Notes: a model not told the origin generated them from the sequence alone. 64,000 bases of DNA from Eledone cirrhosa (GCA_964016885.1 OZ024740.1:6448001-6512000), one strand, 5' to 3'. Counted from the first letter of the stretch, positions 49,040 to 63,706 are shown. Translations and numbers: made by a program.

Positions 49040-52000
49040 AGGGTCGCATTGGCAGTATCGGTAGAGGGTTGGACGCCATGCTAGGGTGGTGGATTGGCAG
49101 TATTGGTAGAGGGTTGGACGCCATGCTAGGGTGGTGGATTGGCAGTATTGGTAGAGGGTTGAACGCCATGTTAGGGTGCTGGATTGGCAGTATCGGTAGA
49201 GGGTTGGACGCCATGTTAGTGTGGTGGATTGGTAGTATAGGTAGATGGTTGGACGCCATGCTAGGGTGGTGGATTGGTAGTATAGGTAGATGGTTGGACG
49301 CCATGCTAGGGTGGTGGATTGGCAGTATCGGTAGAGGGTTGGACGCCATGTTAGGGTGGTGGATTGGCAGTATCGGTAGAGGGTTGGACGCCATGTTAGG
49401 GTGGTGGATTGGCAGTATCGGTAGAGGGTTGGACGCCATGTTAGGGTGGTGGATTGGTAGTATAGGTAGATGGTTGGACGCCATGCTAGGGTGGTGGATT
49501 GGCAATATCGGTAGAGGGTTGGACGCCATGTTAGGGTGGTGGATTGGCAGTATCGGTAGAGGGTTGGACGCCATGTTAGGGTGGTGGATTGGCAGTATCG
49601 GTAGAGGGTTGGACGCCATGTTAGGGTGGTGGATTGGTAGTATAGGTAGATGGTTGGACGCCATGCTAGGGTGGTGGATTGGCAATATCGGTAGAGGGTT
49701 GGACGCCATGTTAGGGTGGTGGATTGGCAGTATCGGTAGAGGGTTGGACGCCATGTTAGGGTGGTGGATTGGCAGTATCGGTAGAGGGTTGGACGCCATG
49801 TTAGGGTGCTGGATTGGCAGTATCGGTAGAGGGTTGGACGCCATGTTAGGGTGGTGGATTGGCAGTATCGGTAGAGGGTTGGACGCCATGTTAGTGTGGT
49901 GGATTGGTAGTATAGGTAGAGGGTTGGACGCCATGTTAGTGTGGTGGATTGGCAGTATCGGTAGAGGGTTGGACGCCATGTTAGTGTGGTGGATTGGTAG
50001 TATAGGTAGAGGGTTGGACGCCATGTTAGGGTGGTGGATTGGTAGTATCGGTAGAGGGTTGGACGCCATGTTAGGGTGCTGGATTGGCAGTATCGGTAGA
50101 GGGTTGGACGCCATGTTAGTGTGGTGGATTGGCAGTATCGGTAGAGGGTTGGACGCCATGTTAGTGTGGTGGATTGGCAGTATAGGTAGAGGGTTGGACG
50201 CCATGTTAGTGTGGTGGATTGGTAGTATAGGTAGAGGGTTGGACGCCATGTTAGGGTGGTGGATTGGTAGTATCGGTAGAGGGTTGGACGCCATGTTAGG
50301 GTGCTGGATTGGCAGTATAGTAGAGGGTTGGACGCCATGTTAGGGTGGTGGATTGGCAGTATCGGTAGAGGGTTGGACGCCATGTTAGTGTGGTGGATTG
50401 GTAGTATCGGTAGAAGGTTGGACGCCATGTTAGGGTGGTGGATTGGCAGTATCGGTAGAGGGTTGGACGCCATGTTAAGGTGCTGGATTGGTAGTATAGG
50501 TAGAGGGTTGGACGCCATGTTAGTGTGGTGGATTGGCAGTATCGGTAGAGGGTTGGACGCCATGTTAGGGTGCTGGATTGGCAGTATCGGTAGAGGGTTG
50601 GACGCCATGTTAGGGTGGTGGATTAGCAGTATCGGTAGAGGGTTGGACGCCATGTTAGGGTGCTGGATTGGCAGTATAGTAGAGGGTTGGACGCCATGTT
50701 AGGGTGGTGGATTGGCAGTATCGGTAGAGGGTTGGACGCCATGTTAGGGTGCTGGATTGGTAGTATAGGTAGAGGGTTGGACGCCATGTTAGTGTGGTGG
50801 ATTGGCAGTATCGGTAGAGGGTTGGACGCCATGTTAGGGTGCTGGATTGGCAGTATCGGTAGAGGGTTGGACGCCATGTTAGTGTGGTGGATTGGTAGTA
50901 TCGGTAGAGGGTTGGACGCCATGTTAGGGTGCTGGATTGGGAGTATAGTAGAGGGTTGGACGCCATGTTAGGGTGGTGGATTGGCAGTATCGGTAGAGGG
51001 TTGGACGCCATGTTAGGGTGCTGGATTGGCAGTATCGGTAGAGGGTTGGACGCCATGTTAGTGTGGTGGATTGGCAGTATCGGTAGAGGGTTGGACGTCA
51101 TGTTAGTGTGGTGGATTGGCAGTATCGGTAGAGGGTTGGACGCCATGTTAGGGTGGTGGATTGGTAGTATCGATAGAGGGTTGGACGCCATGTTAGGGTG
51201 GTGGATTGGTAGTATCGGTAGAGGGTTGGACGCCATGTTAGGGTGCTGGATTGGAAGTATAGTAGAGGGTTGGACGCCATGTTAGGGTGGTGGATTGGCA
51301 GTATCGGTAGAGGGTTGAACGCCATGTTAGGGTGGTAGATTGGCTGTATAGTAGAGGGTTGAACGCCATGTTAGGGTGGTGGATTAGCAGTATCGGTAGA
51401 GGGTTGAACGCCATGTTAGGGTGGTGGATTGGCAGTATCGGTATAGGGTTGAACGCCATGTTAGGGTGCTGGATTGGCAGTATAGTAGAGGGTTGAACGC
51501 CATGTTAGGGTGGTGGATTGGCAGTATCGGTAGATGGTTGGACGCCATGTTAGGGTGGTGGATTGGCAGTATCGGTAGAGGGTTGAACGCCATGTTAGGG
51601 TGGCGGATTGGCAGTATAGTAGAGGGTTGAACGCCATGTTAGGGTGGTGGATTGGCAGTATCGGTAGAGGGTTGGACCCCATGTTAGGGTGGTGGATTGG
51701 CAGTATTGGTAGAGGGTTGAACGCCATGTTAGGGTGGTGGATTAGCAGTATCGGTAGAGGGTTGAACGCCATGTTAGGGTGGTGGATTGGCAGTATCGGT
51801 AGATGGTTGGACGCCATGCTAGGGTGGTGGATTGGCAGTATCGGTAGAGGGTTGGACGCCATGCTAGGGTGGTGGATTGGCAGTATCGGTAGATGGTTGG
51901 ACGCCATGTTAGGGTGGTGGATTGGTAGTATCGGTAGATGGTTGGACGCCATGTTAGGGTGGTGGATTGGTAGTATCGGTAGATGGTTGGACGCCATGCT

Positions 52001-55000
52001 AGGTTTGTGGATTGGCAGTATCGGTAGAGGGTTGGACGCCATGCTAGGGTGGTGGATTGGCAGTATCGGTAGAGGGTTGGACGCCATGTTAGGGTGCTGG
52101 ATTGGCAGTATCGGTAGATGGTTGGACGCCATGTTAGGGTGGTGGATTGGCAGTATCGGTAGAGGGTTGGACGCCATGTTAGGGTGGTGGATTGGTAGTA
52201 TCGGTAGAGGGATGGACGCCATGTTAGGGTGGTGGATTAGCAGTATCGGTAGAGGGTTGGATGCCATGCTAGGGTGGTAGATTGGCAGTATCGGTAGATG
52301 GTTGGACGCCATGTTAGGGTGGTGGATTGGCAGTATCGGTAGATGGTTGGACGCCATGTTAGGGTGGTGGATTGGTAGTATCGGTAGAGGGATGGACGCC
52401 ATGTTAGGGTGGTGGATTAGCAGTATCGGTAGAGGGTTGGACGCCATGCTAGGGTGGTGGATTGGCAGTATCGGTAGATGGTTGGACGCCATGCTAGGGT
52501 GGTGGATTGGCAGTATCGGTAGATGGTTGGACGCCATGCTAGGGTGGTGGATTGGCAGTATCGGTAGAGGGTTGGACGCCATGTTAGGGTGGTGGATTGG
52601 TAGTATCGGTAGATGGTTGGACGCCATGCTAGGGTGGTGGATTGGCAGTATCGGTAGAGGGTTGGACGCCATGTTAGGGTGGTGGAGTGGCAGTATCGGT
52701 AGAGGGTTGGACGCCATGCTAGGGTGGTGGATTGGCAGTATCGGTAGAGGATTGGACGCCATGTTAGGGTGGTGGATTGGTAGTATCGGTAGATGGTTGG
52801 ACGCCATGCTAGGGTGGTGGATTGGCAGTATCGGTAGAGGGTTGGACGCCATGTTAGGGTGGTGGATTGGTAGTATAGGTAGAGGGTTGGACGCCATGCT
52901 AGGGTGGTGGATTGGCAGTATCGGTAGAGGATTGGACGCCATGTTAGGGTGGTGGATTGGTAGTATCGGTAGATGGTTGGACGCCATGCTAGGGTGGTGG
53001 ATTGGCAGTATCGGTAGAGGGTTGGACGCCATGTTAGGGTGGTGGATTGGCAGTATCGGTAGAGGATTGGACGCCATGTTAGGGTGGTGGATTGGTAGTA
53101 TCGGTAGATGGTTGGACGCCATGCTAGGGTGGTGGATTGGCAGTATCGGTAGAGGGTTGGACGCCATGTTAGGGTGGTGGATTGGTAGTATAGGTAGAGG
53201 GTTGGACGCCATGCTAGGGTGGTGGATTGGCAGTATCGGTAGAGGGTTGGACGCCATGTTAGGGTGGTGGATTGGTAGTATCGGTAGATGGTTGGACGCC
53301 ATGTTAGGGTGGTGGATTGGCAGTATCGGTAGATGGTTGGACGCCATGCTAGGGTGGTGGATTGGCAGTATCGGTAGAGGGTTGGAAGCCATGTTAGGGT
53401 GGTGGATTGGTAGTATCGGTAGATGGTTGGACGCCATGCTAGGGTGGTGGATTGGCAGTATCGGTAGAGGGTTGGACGCCATGTTAGGGTGGTGGATTGG
53501 TAGTATCGGTAGATGGTTGGATGCCATGCTAGGGTGGTGGAGTGGCAGTATCGGTAGAGGGTTGGACGCCATGTTAGGGTGGTGGATTGTTAGTATAGGT
53601 AGAGGGTTGGAGGCCATGTTAGGGTCGTGGATTGGCAGTATCGGTAGAGGGTTGGACGCCATGTTAGGGTGGTGGATTGGCAGTATCGGTAGAGGGTTGA
53701 ACGCCTTGTTAGGGTGGTGGATTGGTAGTATAGGTAGAGGGTTGGACGCCATGTTAGGGTGGTGGATTGGCAGTATCGGTAGAGGGTTGGACGCCATGTT
53801 AGGGTGGTGGATTGGCCGTATCGGTAGAGGGTTGGACGCCATGTTAGAGTGGTGGATTGGCAGTATCGGTAGATGGTTGGACGCCATGTTAGGGTGGTGG
53901 ATTGGCAGTATCGGTAGAGGGTTGGACGCCATGTTAGGGTGGTGGATTGGCAGTATCGGTAGAGGGTTGGACGCCATGTTAGGGTGGTGGATTGGCAGTA
54001 TCGGTAGAGGGTTGGACGCCATGTTAGGGTGGTGGATTGGCAGTATCGGTAGAGGGTTGGACGCCATGTTAGGGTGGTGGATTGGCAGTATCGGTAGAGG
54101 GTTGGACGCCATGTTAGGGTGGTGGATTGGCAGTATCGGTAGAGGGTTGGACGCCATGTTAGGGTGGTGGATTGGCAGTATCGGTAGAGGGTTGGATGCC
54201 ATGTTAGGGTGGTGGATTGGCAGTATCGGTAGAGGGTTGGACGCCATGTTAGGGTGGTGGATTGGCAGTATCGGTAGAGGGTTGGACGCCATGTTAGGGT
54301 GCTGGATTGGTAGTATAGGTAGAGGGTTGGACGCCATGTTAGGGTGGTGGATTGGCAGTATCGGTAGAGGGTTGGACGCCATGTAAGGGTGCTGGATTGG
54401 CAGTATCGGTAGAGGGTTGGACGCCATGTTAGGGTGGTGGATTGGCAGTATCGGTAGAGGGTTGGACGCCATGTTAGGGTGGTGGATTGGTAGTATAGGT
54501 AGAGGGTTGGACGCCATGTTAGGGTGGTGGATTGGTAGTATAGGTAGAGGGATGGACGCCTTGTTAGGGTGGTGGATTGGTAGTATAGGTAGATGGTTGG
54601 ACGCCATGTTAGGGTGGTGGATTGGTAGTATAGGTAGAGGGTTGGACGCCATGTTAGGGTGCTGGATTGGCAGTATCGGTAGAGGGTTGAACGCCATGTT
54701 AGGGTGCTGGATTGGCAGTATCGGTAGAGGGTTGGACGCCATGTTAGGGTGGTGGATTGGCAGTATCGGTAGAGGGTTGGACGCCATGTTAGGGTGGTGG
54801 ATTGGCAGTATCGGTAGAGGGTTGGACGCCATGTTAGGGTGGTGGATTGGCAGTATCGGTAGATGGTTGGACGCCATGTTAGGGTGCTGGATTGGCAGTA
54901 TCGGTAGAGGGTTGGACGCCATGTTAGGGTGGTGGATTGGCAGTATCGGTAGATGGTTGGACGCCATGTTAGGGTGCTGGATTGGCAGTATCGGTAGAGG

Positions 55001-55677
55001 GTTGGACGCCATGTTAGGGTGGTGGATTAGCAGTATCGGCAGAGGGTTGGACGCCATGTTAGGGTGGTGGATTGGCAGTATCGGTAGAGGGTTGGATGCC
55101 ATGTTAGGGTGGTGGATTGGCAGTATCGGTAGAGGGTTGGACGCCATGTTAGGGTGGTGGATTGGCAGTATCGGTAGAGGGTTGGACGCCATGTTAGGGT
55201 GGTGGATTGGCAGTATCGGTAGATGGTTGGACGCCATGTTAGGGTGCTGGATTGGCAGTATCGGTAGAGGGTTGGACGCCATGTTAGGGTGCTGGATTGG
55301 CAGTATTGGTAGAGGGATGGACGCCATGTTAGGGTACTGGATTGGCAGTATCGGTAGAGGGTTGGATGCCATGTTAGGGTGCTGGATTGGCAGTATCGGT
55401 AGATGGTTGGACGCCATGTTAGGGTGGTGGATTGGCAGTATCGGTAGATGGTTGGACGCCATGTTAGGGTGGTGGATTGGCAGTATCGGTAGAGGGTTGA
55501 ACGCCATGTTAGGGTGGTGGATTGGCAGTATCGGTAGAGGGTTGGACGCCATGTTAGGGTGGTGGATTGGCAGTATCGGTAGAGGGTTGAACGCCATGTT
55601 AGGGTGGTGGATTGGCAGTATTGGTAGAGGGATGGACGCCATGTTAGGGTACTGGATTGGCAGTATTGGTAGAGGGT
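49040..55677 (+). repeat. 45-bp satellite (~147 copies) derived from the 5' head of a tRNA-SINE
   Basis: Consensus ggattggcagtatcggtagagggttggacgccatgttagggtggt; matches the SINE 5' end at 31285-31322(-) and continues into a SINE body at 55678. Confidence 0.97.
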
Positions 55678-55930
55678 CAGATGAAATGTTTTGCAGAATT
55701 TAGCTATGATTTTCTGAGTTTTGAGTTGAAATCCCACTGAGGTTAACATTGCCTTTCATCCCGGGGTCAATATAATTGACTTACCCCTCCCCTCAAATTG
55801 CTGGCCTTGTGGAAATTCTAGAAGGAATTATTTGTGGGTCAATAAAATGAAGTACTAGTGAAGTACTGCTGTCAATATAATCAACTGCCCCAATCCCACA
55901 AATTGCTGACCTTGTGCTACTATTTGAAAT
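55678..55930 (+). mobile_element. SINE body (B box, core, tail) following the 45-bp array, plus a second tail fragment
   Basis: gagttgaaatcccactgaggttaacattgcctttcatcccggggtcaa...aattgctggccttgtg, cf. 63563-63660. Confidence 0.8.
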
Positions 55931-56049
55931 CCTTATTTTTGAAAATATCTCAGGGCCAAATTAATGAGTAATGGAAGGAAGGAAGGAGGCTGAATCAAGA
56001 ACAAGAATTACAGGAATGGTCATGAATCTTGGGTAAAGACTGAAAGAAT

Positions 56050-56420
56050 ACGATCCCAAATACAAGCGGCTGAAATGTGGTTCTTCCAAAGAGTCTTTGG
56101 AGTAACATTACTCGATATAGCTTGGAGATTGGAGAGTCACTCCAGGTAGAGATGCTACCACTCCAAATTGAGAGATTACAGCTCTGATACTATGGACATG
56201 TGGTTAGATTGTCTCAGGAATTAATTGCTGGACAGATTTTATGGGCAAAACCAACTGACAGGATACCCAGGGGTAAACTCCAAGCAAGATGGCTGGATAA
56301 CATCCAAGAAGAAGAGGAGGAGGAGGAGGAGGAGGAGGAGGAGGAGGAGGAGGAAGGAGAAGATGAAGAAGAAGAAGAAGAAGAAGAAGAAGAAGAAGAA
56401 GACGAAGAAGAAGAAGAAGA
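56050..56420 (+). mobile_element. Degenerate RTE-like 3' fragment ending in a (GAG)n(GAA)n tract
   Basis: AAEMWFFQR, YGHVVRL, PRGK...RWLDNIQ residual motifs. Confidence 0.55.
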
Positions 56421-56671
56421 AATATAATACAAGTTCATTAATAGATGTTCGAGTTGGTAGATTAACAGAGTTGTGAGAGCGTACCTTGTGGTATTGGTTA
56501 CGGGCAGCCTGAATTTAAATCTGACCTCGCATCACTTGTATGTAAAACATCCCTGAAACCCCTTACAAGGGACCTTATAGGTGGCTGATACTATCAACAC
56601 AGCGGTGAACTGTGTCAACAACAACAACAGTTTCTATTATAGACAGGTGGGTGACGCATAGACATGGCCTG

Positions 56672-59600
56672 AATACCGCCACCATAACCACCACCACCAT
56701 AACCACCACCACCACCACCACCACCACCACCATAACCTCCACCACCATAACCACCACCACCACCACCACCACCACCACCATAACCTCCACCACCATAACC
56801 ACCACCACCACCATAACCACCGCCACCATAACCACCACCACCATAACCACCACCACCACCATAACCACCACCACCACCATAACCACCGCCACCATAACCA
56901 CCACCACCATAACCACCACCACCACCATAACCACCACCATAACCACCACCACCATAACCACCACCACCATAACCACCACCACCACCATAACCACCACCAC
57001 CATAACCACCTCCACCATAACCACCACCACCACCATAACCACCACCACCACCATAACCACCACCACCATAACCACCACCACCACCATAACCACCACCACC
57101 ATAACCACCACCACCATAACCACCGCCACTACCATAACCACCACCACCACCACCATAACCACCACCACCACCATAACCACCACCACCACCATAACCACCA
57201 CCACCACCATAACCACCACCACCACCATAACCACCACCACCATAACCACCACCACCACCATAACCACCACCACCATAACCACCACCACCATAACCACCGC
57301 CACTACCATAACCACCACCACCACCACCATAACCACCACCACCACCATAACCACCACCACCACCATAACCACCACCACCACCATAACCACCACCACCACC
57401 ATAACCACCACCACCACCATAACCACCACCACCACCATAACCACCACCACCATAACCACCACCACCACCATAACCACCACCACCATAACCACCACCACCA
57501 CCATAACCACCACCACCACAATAAACACCACCACCACCATAACCACCACCACCACCATAACCACCACCACCATAACCACCACCACCACCATAACCACCAC
57601 CACCACAATAAACACCACCACCATAACCACCGCCACCACCATAACCACCACCACCATAACCACCACCACCACCATAACCACCACCACCACCATAACCATC
57701 ACCACCACCATAACCACCACCACCATAACCACCGCCACCACCATAACCACCACCACCATAACCACCACCACTACCATAACCACCACCACCACCATAACCA
57801 CCACCACCACCATAACCACCACCACCACCATAACCACCACCACCACCATAACCACCACCACCACAATAAACACCACCACCATAACCACCACCACCACCAC
57901 CACCATAACCAACACCACCACCATAATCACCACCACCACCATAACCATCACCACCACAATAAACACCACCACAATAACAACGACCACTACCATAACCAGC
58001 ACCACTACCATAACCACCACCACCACCATAACCACCACCACTACCATAACCACCACCACCACAATAAACACCACCACCATAACCACCACCACCATCATAA
58101 CCACCACCACCACCATAAGCACCACCACCACCATAACCACCACCACCACCATCACCATAACCACCACCACCATAACCACCACCACCACCATAACCACCAC
58201 CACCACCATAACCACCACCACCACCATAACCACCACCACCACCATAACCACTACCACCACCATAACCAACACCACCACCATAACCACCACCACCACCATA
58301 ACCACCACCACCACCATAACCACCACCACCACCATAACCACCACCACCACCATAACCAACACCACCACCATAACAACCACCACCACCATAACCACCACCA
58401 CCACCATAACCACCACCACCACCATAACCAACACCACCACCATAACCACCACCACCATAACCACCACAACCACCATAACCAACACCACCACCATAACCAA
58501 CACCACCACCATAACCACCACCACCACCATAACCACCATCACCACCATAGCCACCACCACCACCATAACCACCACCACCACCATAACCAACACCACCACC
58601 ATAACCACCACCACCACCATAACCACCACCACCACCATAACCACCACCACCACCATAACCACCACCACCACCATAACCACCACAACCACCATAACCACCG
58701 CCACTACCATAACCACCACCACCACCACCATAACCACCACCACCACCATAACCACCACCACCACCATAACCACCACCACCACCATAACCACCACCACCAC
58801 CATAACCACCACCACCACCATAACCACCACCACCACCATAACCACCACCACCATAACCACCACCACCACCATAACCACCACCACCATAACCACCACCACC
58901 ACCATAACCACCACCACCACAATAAACACCACCACCACCATAACCACCACCACCACCATAACCACCACCACCATAACCACCACCACCACCATAACCACCA
59001 CCACCACAATAAACACCACCACCATAACCACCGCCACCACCATAACCACCACCACCACCATAACCACCACCACCACCATAACCACCACAACCACCATAAC
59101 CAACACCACCACCATAACCACCACCACCACCATAACCAACACCACCACCATAACCACCACCACCACCATAACCACCACCACCACCATAACCACCACCACC
59201 ACCATAACCACCACCACCACCATAACCACCACCACCACCATAACCACCACCACCACCATAACCAACACCACCACCATAACCACCACCACCACCATAACCA
59301 CCACCACCACCATAACCACCACCACCACCATAACCACCACCACCACCATAACCACCACAACCACCATAACCAACACCACCACCATAACCACCACCACCAC
59401 CATAACCACCACCACCACCATAACCAACACCACCACCATAACCACAACCACCACCATAACCACCACCACCACCATAACCACCACCACCACCATAGCCAAC
59501 ACCACCACCATAAATACCACCACCACTATAACCACCACCACCACCATAGCCTCCACCACCATAACCACCACCACAACCATAACTACCACCACCACCACCA

Positions 59601-60915
59601 CTATAACCACCACCACCACCATAATCACAATCACCACCATAACCACCACCACCACCATAACTACCACCAAAAACCATAACCACCACCACCACCATAACCA
59701 ACAGCACCACCATAACCACCACCACCACCATAACCACCACCACCACAATAACCACCACTACCATTACCACGACCACCACCATAACCAGCACCACCACCAT
59801 AACCAGCACCACCACCATAACCACCACCACCACCATAACCAACACCACCACCACCATAACCACCACCAAAAACCATAACCACCACCACCACCACCAAAAC
59901 CAACAGCACCACCATAACCACCACCACCACCATAACTAACACCACCACCATAACCACCACCACCATTACCACGAACACCACCACCATAACCACCACCACC
60001 ACCATAACCAACACCACCACCATAACCACCACTACCATAACCACCACCATCACCATAACCACCACCACCACCATAACCACCACCACCACAATAAACACCA
60101 CCACCACCATAACCACCACCACCACCATAACTACCACCACCACCATAACCATCACCACCCCATAACCACCACCACCACCATAACCACCACCACCACAATA
60201 AACACCACCACCACCATAACCACCACCACCACCATAACTACCACCACCACAATAAACACCACCACCACCATAACCACCACCACCACCATAACTACCACCA
60301 CCACCATAACCACCACCACCACCATAACCAACACCACCACCATAACCACCACTACCATAACCACCACCACCACCATAACCACCACCACCACCATAACCAC
60401 CACCACCACCATAACCACCACCACCACCATAACCACCACCACCACCATAACCACCACCACCACCATGACCACCACCACCAAACCACCACCACCACCAGCA
60501 TAACCACCACCACCATAACCAACACCACCACCATAACCACCACCACCAACATAACCAACACCACCACCATAACCACCACCACTACCATAACCACCACCAT
60601 AACCACCACCACCACCATGACCACCACCACCACCACCAAACCACCACCACCACCACCATAACCACCACCACCATAACCAACACCACCACCATAACCAACA
60701 CCACCACCATAACCACCACCATCACCATAACCACCACCACTACCATAACCACCACCATAACCACCACCACCACCAACAACAAACCACCACCACCACCACC
60801 ACCATAACCACCACCAGCAAACCACCACCACCACCACCACCACCACCACCATCACCATCACCACCACCATCACCATCATCATCACCACCACAATCACCAC
60901 CATCACCACCACCAA
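56672..60915. repeat. ~4.2 kb (ACC)n-ATA interrupted triplet repeat, dominant 12-15 bp period (accataaccaccacc)
   Basis: Direct reading; reads (GGGGY)n on the minus strand and (TTTTI)n on the plus strand. Confidence 0.95.
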
Positions 60916-61044
60916 TGTATACATATACATTAAATTCTACAAATAGGTTATTACCAAAAACTTAAACTATCATTAATACATCTTAGAGAATAGGATTATC
61001 AAGTAAAATACAATTTATCAAAATATATATACATATATATATAA

Positions 61045-61756
61045 ACGATGTGTAATAGTAATAAACGTGAACGGCAAAGCATAAACGAACTAAGGGAGAA
61101 ATTAGGAATAAGAGGGATCAGATGTTGTTTACTCGAGAGAAGGCTACGTTGGTATGGTCACGTGATGCGCATAAAAGACGACAGCTGTATAAAAAAGTGC
61201 AGGGCGATAAAAATAGACGGTAGCCACGGAGTAGGCAGACCCAGAAAAACCTGGGACGACTTGATAAATTCCCACCTCACACACTTACACCTCTCCAAGA
61301 CAATGTCACTGGACCGAGATCTTTGGCGCTACACAGTAATACAGAATACCCGCCTTACCTAAGTACAAAATGAAACCTACTACAGTCAGTAGGCACCTCT
61401 AACAAAATACACCCTCGTTCCACTATCCCTACCCCATCCACACCACCCCCTTAAATGTAAAATTATGTTGGTACCACAACATCCAGTCCGAAACAAATGA
61501 GGTCGTGTAGGTGTCACGACAAAAAAAACACACAGTCCACGCTGTAATGTGGCTGTGTAGGTAACACGGTAAAAACCTCCCAGTACACACTGTAAACATG
61601 GTTGGTGTTAGGAAGGGCATCTAGCCTTAGAAAACCTGCCAGACAGTCCTATACGAGCAGGATAACCAATCTTGCCTCAAGTGGGAAAACTCCCGTCCAA
61701 ACCCATGCAAGCGTGGAAGATGGACGTTAAACGATGATGATCATGATGATGATGAT
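61045..61756 (+). mobile_element. RTE 3' fragment with 3'UTR and GAT tail
   Basis: ELREKLGIRGIRCCLLERRLRWYGHVMR, GRPRKTW. Confidence 0.9.
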
Positions 61757-61780
61757 ATATAATCTAACTATATATATATA

Positions 61781-62907
61781 TAAGCTAACTAAGAATATAG
61801 ATTTTATATGCGGCCAGTGCTCTGGTACAATAAGTAGCAGCAAGTGCCCAAAAATTACTAGCTCATTGCATTGCACAGATGGTTCTATAGAAATAGTGGA
61901 CACCTTCCATTACCTGGGTGACAAAATCAGCAGTGTGTGTGTGTGGGGGGGGGGGGGGGGTGTTCTGAAAGTACAGTAGCCAGAGTCAGAACCGGATGGA
62001 AAAAGTTCAGAGAGCTTATACCACTAATGGCCGCTAAAGAGTTCTCTCTAAAAATGAAAGGCAGGCTGTATGATGCCTGCATACGAACAGCAATGTTACA
62101 TGGCAGTGAGACCTGGGCATTGTGTGCAGAGGATATACGCAGACTGGAGAGGAACGAAGCGTGCATGCTCCGCTGGATGTGTAATAGTAATATACGTGAA
62201 CGGCAAAGCATAAACGAACTAAGGGAGAAATTAGGAATAAGAGGGATCAGATGTTGTTTACTCGAGAGAAGGCTACGTTGGTATGGTCACGTGATGCGCA
62301 TGAAAGACGACAGCTGTATAAAAACGATAAAAATAGACGGTAGACACGGTGTAGGCAGACCCAGAAAAACCTGGGATGACTTGATAAATTCCGACCTCAC
62401 ACACTTACACCTCTCCAAGACAATGTCACTGGACCGAGATCTTTGGCGCTACACAGTAGTAGAGAAGACCCGCCTTACCTAAGTACAAAGCGAAACCTAC
62501 AGTCAGTAGGCACCTCTAACAAAAATACACCCCTGCCGCACTACCCCCATCCCATCCACACCACCCCCTTAAATGTTAAGTTATGTTGGTACCACAACAT
62601 CCAGTCCAAACAAATGAGGTCGTGTAGGTGTCACGACAAAAACCCGCCAGATGTGTAGGTGTCACGACAAAAAATCACACAGTCCACGCTGTAATGTGGC
62701 CGTGTAGGTAGCACGGTAAAAACCTCCCTGTCCACACTGTAAACGTGGTTGGTGTTAGGAAGAGTATCCAGCCGTAGAAAACCTGCCAGACAGTCCTATA
62801 CGAGCAGGACAACCAATCTTGCCTCAAGTGGGAAAACTCCCATCCAAACCCATGCAAGCGTGGAAGATTGACGTTAAACGAAGATGATGATGATGATGAT
62901 GATGATA
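61781..62907 (+). mobile_element. RTE 3' fragment (same subfamily as the preceding copy) with 3'UTR and GAT tail
   Basis: FICGQC (end of PHD-like finger), FHYLGD, GWKKFREL, MLHGSETW, LRWYGHV; near-identical to 61045-61756 over the shared part. Confidence 0.92.
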
Positions 62908-62996
62908 TATATTTATATAATATATATATATAATATATATATATAATATATATATATAAATATATTTATTTACCTTGTATTAAGAATATATATATA

Positions 62997-63507
62997 TGTT
63001 CAGAGATGTGCAACCAAGCCCATACCCTCCATCAGACACCTACCCTACTCTGAACGCCTTGCTTCTCTGGGCATGGATTCATTGAAGCTCCGACATCTGG
63101 CAATGGACTTGGTAAACACCTACAAAGTTGTTAACCATGTTGCCAACAACAACCCTGAGCACCTTTTTGATCTCCATGTGTCTAACACACGTGGACATGC
63201 CTACAAAGTCAGAAAACAGCACAGCTCCCATGACTTTCGGAAACATTTTTTTCACGCTCAGAGTTGCTGAAGCATGGAACAAACTGCCTGCGTCAGTTGT
63301 TAGCTGCCGAGACACTGCATCCTTTAAAACCCTCATGCTTCCCGAAATTCGCCAAAACTACACCTGATGTATCCCTTCCATACACATGCACACATGTGTA
63401 TATCATGACTCATGCGCTGTTCATTTTTCTGACGTTTGTACATTACCCTATGTACTATACATACACTTTTTGATGAGTTGTAGTGCACCTGAGCACTGTA
63501 CACAATA
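62997..63507 (+). mobile_element. CR1-like LINE 3' end
   Basis: LPYSERLASLGMDSLKLR, NTRGHAYKV, FFTLRVAEAWNKLPASVV, ASFK: typical CR1 ORF2 C-terminus. Confidence 0.9.
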
Positions 63508-63513
63508 TTTCAT

Positions 63514-63664
63514 AGGGTCGGGCGCCATGCTTTCCAGCATAGTTACATCCCTTTCCATTCTGAGTTCAAATCCCGCCGAGGTTAACTTTGCCTTTCATCC
63601 TTACGGGGTCGATAAAATAAAGAACCAGTCATGTACTGGGTAATTGCTGGCCTTGTGCCACAAT

Positions 63665-63670
<6 letters not shown>
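63514..63670 (+). mobile_element. tRNA-derived SINE, 5'-clipped
   Basis: agggtcgggcgccatgctt...gagttcaaatcccgccgaggttaactttgcctttcatccttacggggtcgataaaataaag. Confidence 0.85.

Positions 63671-63705
<35 letters not shown>

Positions 63706-63706
<1 letters not shown>

Noticed and set aside
48971-55749. Long ORFs (MASNPLPILPIHHPN and LDAMLGWWIGSIGRG repeats)
   Set aside because: Artefact of a 45-bp period; the unit is a SINE head; frames shift at 44-bp variants.
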